From a virus (Duplodnaviria; Caudoviricetes): a stretch of DNA of 64,000 bases. The position numbers and the translations under genes were made by a program. Location: IMG/VR virus record IMGVR_UViG_3300014969_000017, positions 8,795 through 72,794 of that record; one strand, given 5' to 3'. A model generated the notes under the pieces. It was not told the DNA's origin. It did not search any database and saw nothing but the letters and a program-made list of their open reading frames with translations. Shown here one piece after another: positions 30,601 through 39,975 of the stretch (position 1 is its first letter; every line of letters starts with the position of its first letter).

Positions 30601-31975
30601 CCTGCGGTCCCTCCGGGCCTATCGGGCCGAGTGGCCCTTGCACGCCTGCGGGTCCGGGTGGCCCCTGCACGCTCCCGGTATCGACCCACGTGTCCGTGTC
30701 GTCGTCCCACACCCAGAGGTGGCCGGTGTCCGCCGCGATCCATGCGTCACCGGGCGCACCAACCGGCGGCAGATCGCCTGCTGTCGGCACGCTCCCGTGG
30801 ATCGCGAGGCCAGCGCCGGGATCGCCCTGCGGTCCCTCTGGCCCCTCCGGGCCGGGCACGCCTTGCGCACCCTCTGGCCCTTGCGGCCCGGCGGGTCCGA
30901 TGTCTCCGGTCGCGCCCGTGGCTCCGGCTGGCCCTTGCGCACCGGTCGCACCCTGCTGTCCCGGATCGCCCGGTATGCCTTGAGCGCCCGTCGGCCCGGT
31001 CGGCCCGGTCGCGCCCGTCGGACCCGTCGCACCCGGATCCCCTTGCGGTCCCTGCGTCCCCTGCGGCCCCTGCGGTCCCGGCGGACCTTCCGGGCCTTGC
31101 ACCTGTCCGGCATCGATCCAAACGCCGTTCGCCGCATCCCACACCCAGAGATGCCCGGAGTCCTCCGCGAACCACGCGTCACCGGGATCGCCCGGCGTCG
31201 GCAGATCACCAGCGGACGGCACGCTGCCCTGCACCGAGAGGCCGGTGCCGGGATCGCCCTGCTCGCCCTGCGGACCTTCGGGACCGACTGGTCCCTCTGG
31301 CCCCGGCACGCCTTGCGGCCCCCGTGCGCCATCCGCACCGGTCGCGCCCGTCGGCCCTCGCGGTCCCTCTGGGCCGTCCGCGCCGGGCACGCCTTGGATG
31401 CCCTGAATGCCTTGCTGTCCGGGCGGACCCTGCGGCCCCTCGGGACCAACTGGCCCCGGATCGCCGGTGTTGCCCTGCGGTCCCTGCGGCCCCTGCGGCC
31501 CGTCGAGGCCCGGAGGTCCGGCCGGACCCATCGGACCATCAGCACCCGGCTGACCGTTCTGCCCGTCAGCACCGGTCGGGCCTTGTGGTCCCGGCGGTCC
31601 GGGCGGTCCCAGATCGCCTGCTGGTCCCGTTGGTCCCTCGGGTCCGGGCGGACCCTGCACGCCGAGCCTCAGCGAGTCGAGCGTGTGGCCGGTGATGCCT
31701 GCGTAAATCTGATCGCCCACCACCACCACGCGTTCGCGGAACGGTTCCTCCGCGAGGCGCTGGATGGTGAACACATCCCCCGCCGTCTCGATGACGCGGA
31801 CGATCTCGGCGTTGGGATAGATCGGGAGTTCATTCGCGGCGCAGATGACCGCATTGAACGGCGGCGCAGGGAAGCGCACGCCGTGGCCCGGCTGCACGGA
31901 CAGCGAGGTACCGGTGTTGGCGGGTACCGGAGCACCCGCCACCGTGGAATAGGAAAAGTTGCGAAAGTCGTCCAC
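27689..31975 (-). CDS. collagen-like fibre protein
   Basis: Long Gly-X-Y tracts interrupted twice by GSVP.AGDLP...GHLWVWD modules; start trimmed to GTG 31975. Confidence 0.85.
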   Translation of the reverse strand: MDDFRNFSYSTVAGAPVPANTGTSLSVQPGHGVRFPAPPFNAVICAANELPIYPNAEIVRVIETAGDVFTIQRLAEEPFRERVVVVGDQIYAGITGHTLDSLRLGVQGPPGPEGPTGPAGDLGPPGPPGPQGPTGADGQNGQPGADGPMGPAGPPGLDGPQGPQGPQGNTGDPGPVGPEGPQGPPGQQGIQGIQGVPGADGPEGPRGPTGATGADGARGPQGVPGPEGPVGPEGPQGEQGDPGTGLSVQGSVPSAGDLPTPGDPGDAWFAEDSGHLWVWDAANGVWIDAGQVQGPEGPPGPQGPQGTQGPQGDPGATGPTGATGPTGPTGAQGIPGDPGQQGATGAQGPAGATGATGDIGPAGPQGPEGAQGVPGPEGPEGPQGDPGAGLAIHGSVPTAGDLPPVGAPGDAWIAADTGHLWVWDDDTDTWVDTGSVQGPPGPAGVQGPLGPIGPEGPQGVQGPQGVQGPQGIQGIEGPEGPKGEQGDPSPSASWFPYRMNAQTSQNDPGAGNVKWNDVDQLAATSLYIDWLTTDGFDAHLMFANLVPGSIIYVQDRDIAVVYQKWELVEYISYVDWFEIRVALLEIGGSGLMGNNKPIALVVVAVAPQGPIGPVGPAGPIGPQGETGAQGEQGPQGPQGTPGDNATLPTAPLGQVLISQAPGVQPIFSTHPLLMAPDALLSFQDRPNSRAYTIGLHPEFDSGNLEFGRTDAPLKATVGFFGNTDGLDNVGWGLSAGGRLLFKIVGGQIVFTPSEGGGAGKVQFGRRYQDSSPAVGAAVEFWPTLTQVDPAIAVMTPGGASATWWVDRLGVMNAPAGIANPALVQSDSPGLVLIDTARPADQRRWHVWTTGGYLQFDLENDDGSLIGRPAFIDRNGAGQFRWNGAISGPVVVLQNRLELQEVPVAGIAGQTTGALASFLDASTDVNGAVIATGGTKHVLGRWNGTNWVVVGGASAAVVAHAPTHAVGGVDPITITALAGFPGGTTTFLRDDGVFAPGVSGPVGPQGPQGATGATGATGAQGPTGATGAQGPQGDQGPQGPQGPQGNPAFVPDLVQARLLGRGGASGPGQPEPIVLGTNLSFSGTTLNAVGGVPGGATTQLQFNDGGVFAGDAGLTFNKTTKALTVGGDIVGGASPLALHLATAAASDTSYLILSGAGVVDHLRGAYIFVAGNQNNNPGRVQLQPGNVANAKTVICRSDGNPALTIDGATGAALLSNGRIVLGPDGSADGGGGNGATIVRDTLDGADNGYVYIGGGGGVVDTAHGARLLITGNEFAYPGGAVIYTGNAAGCAVSLRDSQGVIGLNFDADSLTVSQRRPVTVIGAVPVYDGPTTNLTFDLKTGSAFQASGIAGSFNIKFSNLPPSGVEYVCSIQFDMGAAVGAVTYPTGTVWDEDVVPVWPGAGRTMILGFSTLNGGGRWRGYVGGRNFPT

Positions 31976-32018
31976 CGGTCCCGCTTCCGTTTCGACTGTG
32001 CCGCCGCCGCCGCGACGG

Positions 32019-32483
32019 TTACTTCGCGAACGGGAACGACTTCTTGACTTGCGCCGGACCAGCCACTTCGTCGTCAGGTGGTTCGGCGGCTTCTTCGGCT
32101 GGCGTCTCCGTTGCCTCGTGCGCGGCACCTTCTTCGCTGGTGTCCGTCGTCACGTCTGGCTCGACGCCGACCGTCTGACCGTCGTCCGTCTCGTACTCGA
32201 ACTTCAGCTTCTTCTTCCCGTGAACGGTCGAGACTTTGACCTTGCGCATGTCGAGCGCGAACGTGGACGCGGGGCACGTGCGTGCCTTGTCCAATCGTCG
32301 CGCGAGTTCACGGCGATCTCCGCCGCTCACGCCGTGCGCATCGCGCCACGGCCCCATGCGTTCTGCGGCTTGCGGATCCATTGGTGGCGAGCACCGGTCT
32401 TCGCACAGGATGACGGACATGCCGCCGTCGAGCGTCAACCAGAGTGCGCCATCCTCGCGAGTACCAGCGACACGCATACTCAT
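32019..32483 (-). CDS. hypothetical protein sharing its N-terminal domain with 32490-33566
   Basis: GTR.DG..W.TLDGGM.V.L..DRCSPP.DP present in both. Confidence 0.6.
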   Translation of the reverse strand: MSMRVAGTREDGALWLTLDGGMSVILCEDRCSPPMDPQAAERMGPWRDAHGVSGGDRRELARRLDKARTCPASTFALDMRKVKVSTVHGKKKLKFEYETDDGQTVGVEPDVTTDTSEEGAAHEATETPAEEAAEPPDDEVAGPAQVKKSFPFAK

Positions 32484-32489
32484 CTCCTT

Positions 32490-33566
32490 CTATTTCTTCA
32501 CGCCAGCGGGAGGGATGCCGAGCTTGCGCGTCCACTCCGTGGAGAGGTGGTAAATCTGCGACATCGGCATATCGACCACCGTGACTTTCATCGCAGTGTC
32601 GTTGTTCAGGTTCCCGTCTTCGGCGTCACGCCCGACCGCAGCGGCCCACGTGTGGTGTCCGTCGATCACGTAGCCATCGCGCGATACCCAGATCCGGTTC
32701 TTCTCCGACTTCGGATCGAAGCCAGAGTTGAGCATCATCCCCGCGACCTTCGTGCCTTCCATCTCGGCTTGGCTGGCCTTCAGCTTCCGCGAGAGCATGG
32801 TGTCGGGGTGCGTTTTGACGCCGGACGCTTGGAGATGCTTGAGGAACTGTTGCGCCGCGTTCACTTCACCGTTCGCATCGCGCGGGAGCTTGTCCGCCTC
32901 GCTGCCGGGGATCGGATTCTTCGACTTGAACTGCGGCATCTCGATGCGCGGAATGCCGTGCGGGAACTTCTCCGTCTTGAGCGTTTCCTGACAGAAGATG
33001 CTGGCCCCCTTCACCGTGACCGTGCAGGGATCCCAGTTCTTCGCGTCCTTCCCCGCCGCCTGCGCCGCCAGTGCTTTCTCGCCCAGCAGCCGGAGCACGG
33101 TGTGAACTTGCCGCGTGTCCTTCAGTTCGACGTTCTCGCCCTTCAGGATGAGATCGACGCCTTCCTCGGCCGTCTCGACCTGATGCACCGGCTTGCTGCG
33201 CTGCTGACGAATCGCCTCCTGCATCGACCGCTGGACTTCGTTCAACGACGGATGGTAATCGTCACCATCCTTCTCGGACCCGCCGCCAGTGCCATCGCTG
33301 TACTGATTGCCGCGAAACGGGTGGCCCTCCACGTCTCCGAGGTGGAACGTGCGCAGCGACACCGTGCGTGCGCGTTCGAGTCGGCGCACGAGCACGCGCT
33401 GCTCGTCTCCGTTCCGCACGACCGGCGCGAACGTCCACGGCCCCAGTGATTCAAGGAGGTGCGGATCCACCGGCGGCGAACAGCGGTCGGCGCGAAGCAG
33501 CACGGCCATCCCGCCGTCGAGCGTGACCCACTGGGTACCGTCTGCGCGTGTGCCTACGATTCGCAT
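32490..33566 (-). CDS. tagged ParB/Srx-like protein
   Basis: LGDVEGHPFRGNQY tag; LKASQAE...VSRDGYVIDGHHTWAA; paralogous to the C-terminal domain of 10920-13727. Confidence 0.65.
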   Translation of the reverse strand: MRIVGTRADGTQWVTLDGGMAVLLRADRCSPPVDPHLLESLGPWTFAPVVRNGDEQRVLVRRLERARTVSLRTFHLGDVEGHPFRGNQYSDGTGGGSEKDGDDYHPSLNEVQRSMQEAIRQQRSKPVHQVETAEEGVDLILKGENVELKDTRQVHTVLRLLGEKALAAQAAGKDAKNWDPCTVTVKGASIFCQETLKTEKFPHGIPRIEMPQFKSKNPIPGSEADKLPRDANGEVNAAQQFLKHLQASGVKTHPDTMLSRKLKASQAEMEGTKVAGMMLNSGFDPKSEKNRIWVSRDGYVIDGHHTWAAAVGRDAEDGNLNNDTAMKVTVVDMPMSQIYHLSTEWTRKLGIPPAGVKK

Positions 33567-33572
33567 CGTCGT

Positions 33573-35477
33573 TTACCGATGGCGGCGCGTGGACGTGATC
33601 GCCGCCTGCACCGCGCGTGCGCTCATGCGCTCAGCGGCTGGCGTGTGCGGGTCAGCGGCGATAGCCCCGTACGCGGAATGGAGGTCGTCAAGGTCTTTCG
33701 GCTTCAGCTTGTGGAACGTGTCGATGGTCAGCTTCTTCCGGTTGGCCTTCGGCCCGAGGATGCGCGTGATCGTCGCATCGCCTTCCGCCGCCGTCAGGAA
33801 CTGGCCGCGCTCGTTGCGCGGATGCTGGCCTTCGTCCCAATCGAGCGCGAACGCCATCTCGTCGTCCGTCATGTGCATCGGCGGCATCCGCGCGTGCGGC
33901 GGCGGTGCGGCCCCACGTGGTGCGCCGGGATGCTTCGGCGTCGGCTCGCCGCCCTGTTGGTCGTCTGGGTTGCCGCCCTCGGCCTGTTGCTGCTGGTCCG
34001 GTTCCTCGCCCGGCCCCGGTCGATTCGGGTTCGTCGCATCACCCGCGTTCGTGCCATCGCCCTGCTGCGGCACAGCCGACGCGTCACCCGGTTGCGCGGC
34101 CTTCTCGGACTTCGCCTCGCGCGAGCGCGTGGGCGCGAGCGGCGGCAACCCGAGCATCTTGCGCAGCACCGCTTCGTCGTCGTCCTGCGGCGTGATGAGC
34201 GTGCCCTGCAACTGGGCGAGCACGCTGACCAGCGCGGTGAGATCGAGTTGTTCGAGGTCGAGGCAGACCGGGTCCGGATACTTCCGGCGCGACATATCGA
34301 AGTTGAAGTCGCACAGCGGCTTGATCACGCTGTTCTTCAGATCGCCGTTGATGCCGTTCGCAATCCCGTCGAGCGACGAGATGAACATATCGGTGATGCG
34401 CGAGCCGTAGCCGGAGCCGACGTGCGTGCCCACTTGGTTGTTCTGCCCGGAGGCCAGAAACATCGCGAGGACGTTCCGCGCCATCTGCGAATCGTTATGC
34501 TCGATCCATGAGATGCCGAACTGCCCGGCCGTGCCCTGTCCGCTGTTCCCGCCCTCGATACGAAACGCGGTGTGCTCCGGCGTCACCATGTACGACTTCT
34601 CGTTCGCACGCACCGACCGCAAAATCTCCCGGATCAACCCGAGGTCGCCGGTCGAAAGCGTGTTGCCCTCCTCCAGCGCGATGATGGGAATGCCGACGCC
34701 CCAGCGGTCGAGGCCGACGCCCATGATGCGGTACGCCTCGTCCTTGAAGAACCAGTTGCGATAGATATTCCGCAGCAGCGACATCCCGTGGTAGTTGTCG
34801 CCCTCGCGGTCGAGCACGAACACCGCGCAGTACTCGGCGGGGATGGTCAGGTACTGGTAGCTGACGGAGCCACCATAGATCGCCGCCCGGTTATTGCCCC
34901 GTGAGTCGCGGCTCGCGTAGGGCACGGGCGCGTACTGCACGATGTGTTCGAGCTTGCCCTCCCGATTGACGTGCCATTCGCGCAGCGTCTTCGGCAGGCG
35001 TGGGGCCAGTCGCTTGAAGCGATAGAAGCCCTGCTCGTCCACCTTCCAGATTTTCTCCAGCACCGAGACGCCGAACTCCAACTGCATCAGGATGTGGCGC
35101 AGCGTGAAGTCCCACGAGTCGTCCATCGAGTCGTCCTCGAACAACGCCCCGTTGCAGAACTCTGCGATCTGCTTGTCTACCGGATCGGAACTGGCCGCGT
35201 TGACTTGCCACGTCGCCCCGCGCAGCGGGAGCTTGATGACTTGCAGCATGGCGCGGACGTTGGCGTCCGTGCGGCGCATCTTGTCGTACTGCGCAACGGC
35301 CTTCTGCCAGTCATCGAAGTCGGGGTTGTAATCCTCCCGACGAATGGTGCCACCGTAGTTCTCGGTGCCGGAGACGCCGTGCTCCTGCGCGGCCACGCCA
35401 CGAATCGGAGCCGACGGCACGCCCTGTTGACTGAGGTCGCGGCGGAAGATCGGTGGAATGAGGTCCGTCAGTTTCAT
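33573..35477 (-). CDS. portal protein (Mu gp29/DUF935-like)
   Basis: YDKMRRTD, FGVSVLEKIW, GMSLLR, IKPLCDFNF motifs; first gene of the head block. Confidence 0.85.
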   Translation of the reverse strand: MKLTDLIPPIFRRDLSQQGVPSAPIRGVAAQEHGVSGTENYGGTIRREDYNPDFDDWQKAVAQYDKMRRTDANVRAMLQVIKLPLRGATWQVNAASSDPVDKQIAEFCNGALFEDDSMDDSWDFTLRHILMQLEFGVSVLEKIWKVDEQGFYRFKRLAPRLPKTLREWHVNREGKLEHIVQYAPVPYASRDSRGNNRAAIYGGSVSYQYLTIPAEYCAVFVLDREGDNYHGMSLLRNIYRNWFFKDEAYRIMGVGLDRWGVGIPIIALEEGNTLSTGDLGLIREILRSVRANEKSYMVTPEHTAFRIEGGNSGQGTAGQFGISWIEHNDSQMARNVLAMFLASGQNNQVGTHVGSGYGSRITDMFISSLDGIANGINGDLKNSVIKPLCDFNFDMSRRKYPDPVCLDLEQLDLTALVSVLAQLQGTLITPQDDDEAVLRKMLGLPPLAPTRSREAKSEKAAQPGDASAVPQQGDGTNAGDATNPNRPGPGEEPDQQQQAEGGNPDDQQGGEPTPKHPGAPRGAAPPPHARMPPMHMTDDEMAFALDWDEGQHPRNERGQFLTAAEGDATITRILGPKANRKKLTIDTFHKLKPKDLDDLHSAYGAIAADPHTPAAERMSARAVQAAITSTRRHR

Positions 35478-35542
35478 GCGGAAAGCCGGACCATTATGCC
35501 GTCACCCTACAACACGCGGGGGTGAAAAATCTCGTCGGCCGT

Positions 35543-36247
35543 CTATGTTGGGGTCGGCACGACCCAGAGGAAGACCAGCGCATCCGCCGTGCGCGTCACC
35601 CGATGCGGCTCCCAGTCGGGGATCGGGAAGCCGTGCGAGACGATGCGCGTGCCCGGCTTCAGCGCACGGAACCGATCCACCAGCACCGCCATCGCGCTGC
35701 TCACCAGATAGCACGTGACCACGGTCGGCTGGCCCCAGTCGGTATCCTCGATGCGCCCGTGCTGGAACGATGCGGTCACGTACCGCACGTCCTCGGCCGC
35801 ACGTTCGTTCGCCTCGGCCACGAACCGCGCGTCGATCTCGATGCCACGGCCGTACGCCCCGCGCTTCGTCGCCGCGAACACCACGCGGCCGTCACCGCTG
35901 CCGAGGTCGAGCACGTGATCGCCCGGCCCCACCTCTGCGAGGTCCAGCATCTCCTCCACGACCTCGAACGGGGTCGGGCACCACGGCGCGAGCGTCTGCG
36001 CCATGCGCGACCGGATCTCGTCGTCGTCTGGTGTTGGGATGTCGAGGAGCGCGGTGTCCACCGCCCGGCGCAGTTCGACCAGCGCCTGCTGGCGCGTCGG
36101 CGTGTCTGGCAGGAGCCGCATGAACTGGAGCGCCACGAGGAGGCCGAGGCTCTGGACTTGCCACCAGTCGCCCCCGGCCAGCGGGTTCTCCGTGTGCGGA
36201 GCCGGGAACCAGTCGAGGAGGTTCTGGCTGGTGATAGGGAGGTGCAT
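35543..36247 (-). CDS. class I SAM-dependent methyltransferase
   Basis: PWCPTP...VLDLGSGDGR...GIEID...LKPGTRIVSH. Confidence 0.8.
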   Translation of the reverse strand: MHLPITSQNLLDWFPAPHTENPLAGGDWWQVQSLGLLVALQFMRLLPDTPTRQQALVELRRAVDTALLDIPTPDDDEIRSRMAQTLAPWCPTPFEVVEEMLDLAEVGPGDHVLDLGSGDGRVVFAATKRGAYGRGIEIDARFVAEANERAAEDVRYVTASFQHGRIEDTDWGQPTVVTCYLVSSAMAVLVDRFRALKPGTRIVSHGFPIPDWEPHRVTRTADALVFLWVVPTPT

Positions 36248-36519
36248 CACACGCCGAGCCGAGCGCCGCCGGTGCCGTCGTCTACGACCCGGACGCCGGG
36301 CACGAACGCCAGCGCCTGCGCGACCGCACTGGTGCCGTTGAAGTAGACCTGTCGCGTCGTGACTTGCACGAGAACGCCGACGGCCGGGATGTCGATGGCC
36401 TTCGTCTCGCGCACCCAGCCCTCGGACTCGCTGGCCTCTTGGCACAGCATCTTCCACTGGGTCGGATCCCCAACCGTGGTGTAGTCAAGGACGCCGGGGA
36501 CCGGGACGGTGTCAGGCAC
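36247..36519 (-). CDS. conserved hypothetical phage protein
   Basis: 90 aa, coupled to the methyltransferase. Confidence 0.5.
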   Translation of the reverse strand: MPDTVPVPGVLDYTTVGDPTQWKMLCQEASESEGWVRETKAIDIPAVGVLVQVTTRQVYFNGTSAVAQALAFVPGVRVVDDGTGGARLGV

Positions 36520-36541
36520 GGCGGGATTCTACCCTGCGCCC

Positions 36542-36557
36542 TTCACGGTACCGTGAA
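36542..36557. promoter_or_regulatory. perfect 16-bp palindrome TTCACGGTACCGTGAA (operator-like); copies at 59757-59772 and 7523-7538 (15/16)
   Basis: Three dispersed copies read directly, each near a gene start. Confidence 0.6.
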
Positions 36558-36925
36558 AAGTCAGCGCAGCCAGACGCTGCGCCGCGCCGCCGCCCGGCGG
36601 TCTGTCTCCATACGGTACTGCCGGGAACCGTGCGCCAAGAACGCCACCGCGCCGACCAGTAGTGCGGTCGCTCCCACCCACCAGCGCATCAGAGCACGAG
36701 CGCGAGGATGCGAGCCTTCAGCCGGTCGTACGCGGCCCAGTCCACGCGCTCGTCGCAGCGCCAGAGCGACTGGAGCAGACGCGCTTCGTCCGCCGTCAGC
36801 ACGATGCCCTGCGTGGCAGCGGGTCGCGCGGGGACAGCCTTGAGCGTGGAAGGAGCGGAATCAGTCATAGCTCCATCGATCATCGTCGTCGCCTCCGGAG
36901 TCGGTGGGAATAGTAACAGAACGGT

Positions 36926-37246
36926 TTATTGCCGCCCCGATTCACCCTTACGTTTCTGGCGCAACTGTTCCCAGACCTCCATCACGCGATGCAGATCGGG
37001 ACTGAGCGCCGCGTGTTCCTCGGCGGTGGCAATCCGAAACCCGTCGTCCGTGAACACGAGCACGGTCCCGCACTGCGAGCAGAAGGTCACGTCGCCCGGC
37101 TTCGGCTGCGGCGGACCCGGCGCTTTGTGCTGGGTCGAGATTTCCGTCACCGCATCGTGAATAGTGAGACACGCCGGGCACTGGCGCGGTCGCTCCGGCT
37201 TCTGCGAGGAGCGGATGTAAATCTTGCGTTTAGAGGACAAGGTCAC
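36926..37246 (-). CDS. zinc-finger hypothetical protein
   Basis: CPAC...PKPGDVTFCSQCG. Confidence 0.5.
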   Translation of the reverse strand: MTLSSKRKIYIRSSQKPERPRQCPACLTIHDAVTEISTQHKAPGPPQPKPGDVTFCSQCGTVLVFTDDGFRIATAEEHAALSPDLHRVMEVWEQLRQKRKGESGRQ

Positions 37247-38770
37247 GCGTCACCGTGAGGAGCGGCGCGTCCGGTCCTCCGTGATGCCCTCGCTTGAAGA
37301 CGCCGCCAATCGCTTCGCCAATCGCTTCCGTGATCGCCTCACGCTGCGAGCGGCTGAAGCCGTCGGCCCACTGGATCCCGTGCATCCCCACGTTGACCTT
37401 GACCCGGCCCGAGTCCGTCGGCTTGGTCACAATCGTCACCGTAATCGTCGTCGCGCCCTTCGGCATCGTCTCCAGCCTCCGCAGTACATCGAGTCGTCGC
37501 ATGCGTCCCCTCAGTCGAGGTCGATCCGCCGCGTGGTCGTCGGCACCGGCGCGGCCCGGCCTCCACACTTCGCCACCATGCGCTCGTGTCCGACGTGCGC
37601 CTGCTGCCGCGTGTGGTAGCGATACTGCTCGCCGTCGAACGGGCCACCGAACACCAGTGTCTCCCAGAGGAGCGGCTGGCCCGTGCGCGTGAAGTTGTGA
37701 TCGAGCGCGAGGAACACCGTCGAGACGCGCACGTGCTCGTTGATCGGCGTCAACTCCAGCGTGCGGTCTGCGACCTCGTACCACTGCGCCCACGTCACGA
37801 GGTCCGGGCACAACTGCGGCTCGCCCAGTGCGTTCAGGATGTAGCGGCCGTTCGCGTTCATCGTCGGATCGATCATCGCGTCTTGCTCCTCGCTCGCATC
37901 GTCCGATTCAGGCTGTCCAGCAGCGCCTGCTTCTCGTGCAGCGCGACCCATTCGTCCGGCGTCACCGCGTGAACCACGCCAGCCAGTGTGCCGATGACCG
38001 GCGTCAGCGGTCGCGTGTCCCACGCCCCCGCGAGGCGCAGGAACTCGACGCGCTGCTCGTGCGGGGTCATCGCGTCGTCACGTAGGCGATGTCCCAGCTT
38101 CGGCGTTTGGCTCGCGAGTTGATGCAGACCACCGGGATGTGCCGCCCTCGGTCCACGATCACGCGTCGGCCGTCGGCCTTCTCGTAAATGTTGCGCCGCA
38201 CGACACGGCCGTTGTGGTTCGCGCCCAAGTCCACCAGCGCGATCTCGACCAGCGTCATCACCATTGCAGCGACTCCCGGCGGCGGCGGAGCCAGTCCGGG
38301 TCGAGCCGCCACGTCGAACCGACCGGCCCATCCCAGAGGCGCGGTAGATCGGCGCGTTGCAAGCACGCACCCCCAGCGGGTTTCCCTGCGGCCATCCGGG
38401 CGCGGACCCAGCGTTCCCAGTAGCCGCCACCGGGCTGGAACGCGCCGAACGCGTCGAACGGCGCGACGACCTCGGCCACCAGCGTCGAGACGCCCTCCGC
38501 GTCCGTCACCGTGACTTGCATGCGCATCGGCGGCTTGGTCGCGAACGCGGCCGAGGCATCCGTCGGGGACGCACTGGTGTAGTGGCGGATCATCGTCACG
38601 CGACCCTCCGCCCAGTGTGCTGAATGCGCAGGGCGGTCAGGTCATGCACGGCGGCTGATGCCTCCGCTGCCGACAAGCGGCCGTCCGCGAACGCCGCCAT
38701 CACGAGATCCCAGCGCCGGTTGTACTCCTGCAACGTGATCGTCATCGCCATCGTCGTCTCCACCTGATTG

Positions 38771-38799
38771 ATACTACCACGGGTCCGAGGCCGGGGCAA
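38771..38799 (-). promoter_or_regulatory. sigma70-like promoter
   Basis: TTGCCC-N17-TAGTAT with extended -10 TG, just upstream of a GGAGACGACGATG start. Confidence 0.5.
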
Positions 38800-39246
38800 T
38801 CCCCCGGCCCGGCCGACCAGTTACACGCCCCAGCGAGCCGCGACTCGCGAGCCGCGCGTCGTCGTGAGGAAGATGGCCCAGACTTCGTCCTCGCTCACCG
38901 GGCGTCCGAGGTCCGCTTCCATCGACCGCCACTGCGCCTTGAGGCTGCGCTCGATGCGCTGCGCGACATCGGCGGTGCGCTCGCCGTCGGCGTAGAGGTT
39001 CTCGGGGCTGAGGCGCGTGAGCAGGGCGAAGAACTGTTCGGCCATCGCGGGGGTCAAGGTCGGGGGCGTCGTCATCGTCGTCTCCTGAAGGTGAAAAAGA
39101 GTGCCGGGCTTTTCTCCGGGGTGGCCCTTCCCGGCGTAAGGATTCTGCCACCCGTCGGGTCCGCGCTCGTTTTGCCGTTTCAGGGGAGCCACGGTACCTG
39201 TCGCCCGTCCCCTACTCACCGGCCCTCGTCGTCATCGCATAACTGG

Positions 39247-39275
39247 TTAGACGGGAATGGTAGTCGCAATGTTCC
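39247..39275 (-). promoter_or_regulatory. ECF-sigma-like promoter GGAACA-N17-GTCTAA
   Basis: One of six copies of the motif. Confidence 0.55.
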
Positions 39276-39582
39276 CTAGCTGACCGGGAACCACGACCCG
39301 GCCTGTCCGGCCCTGAACTCGTCGGCGTCCACCGGCGTCACGCGCACCAGCGTGAGCGGCCCCAGTTCGACGTGCATCGCCGCGTCGTTCGCGACCTGTT
39401 CGGCGTGCATCCGGGCGAACGTCAGGTTCTCGCCATAGAAGTCGAGGCCCACCCACTTACCCTCGACCGTCGCGAAGATCCCGCGATACTGGCGCTCGCG
39501 TGCCTTGCGTGCGCCCCGAAACTCGTACTTGCGTGCCATCGTCGTCGCCTCGTGAGAGGCAGGGGCCGAAGCCCCCGCCCAG

Positions 39583-39933
39583 TTACCGCATGTAGACCGC
39601 GCCATACGTGGTGATGGCATCCTGCCCGGCGTTGACGAGGATGGAGCCGCGCACGTGCTTCGCGGGTGCCTTCCACCCTGCGGCCTTCAGCACCGCGCCG
39701 TCCGCCTTGCGGATGAAGCAGAACACCGACCGGCCCCACGTGTCGCGCTGGGTCGCCACGATGCGGACGTTCTTAACGCCGGGGTCCGCCGAGAGCACCG
39801 GCGCGGCCGGGTAGCCGCCGTAGTTCTTCGCGTACTCCGCGTCGAGCCGCGCCTGCGTCGTCGCGAGGAAGGTGTCGAGGGCAATCTGAAACTCGGTGGC
39901 CGTCAGCGTCGTCGTCATCGTCGTCGTCTCCAT
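39583..39933 (-). CDS. conserved hypothetical phage protein
   Basis: RSVFCFI...DGAVLKAAGWKAPAKHVRG; ATG 7 nt after a promoter copy at 39941-39969. Confidence 0.6.
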   Translation of the reverse strand: METTTMTTTLTATEFQIALDTFLATTQARLDAEYAKNYGGYPAAPVLSADPGVKNVRIVATQRDTWGRSVFCFIRKADGAVLKAAGWKAPAKHVRGSILVNAGQDAITTYGAVYMR

Positions 39934-39975
39934 ACCCATAGTATACGCGATTGCTACTGCCAATGTTCCACTATC

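Noticed and set aside
28850-31660. DNA tandem repeats as a non-coding element
   Set aside because: Fully explained by collagen Gly-X-Y codons.
735-35525. Long plus-strand ORFs (e.g. 18596-20509, 13733-15490, 30359-32047)
   Set aside because: Antisense shadows of real minus-strand genes in high-GC DNA; no recognisable motifs.
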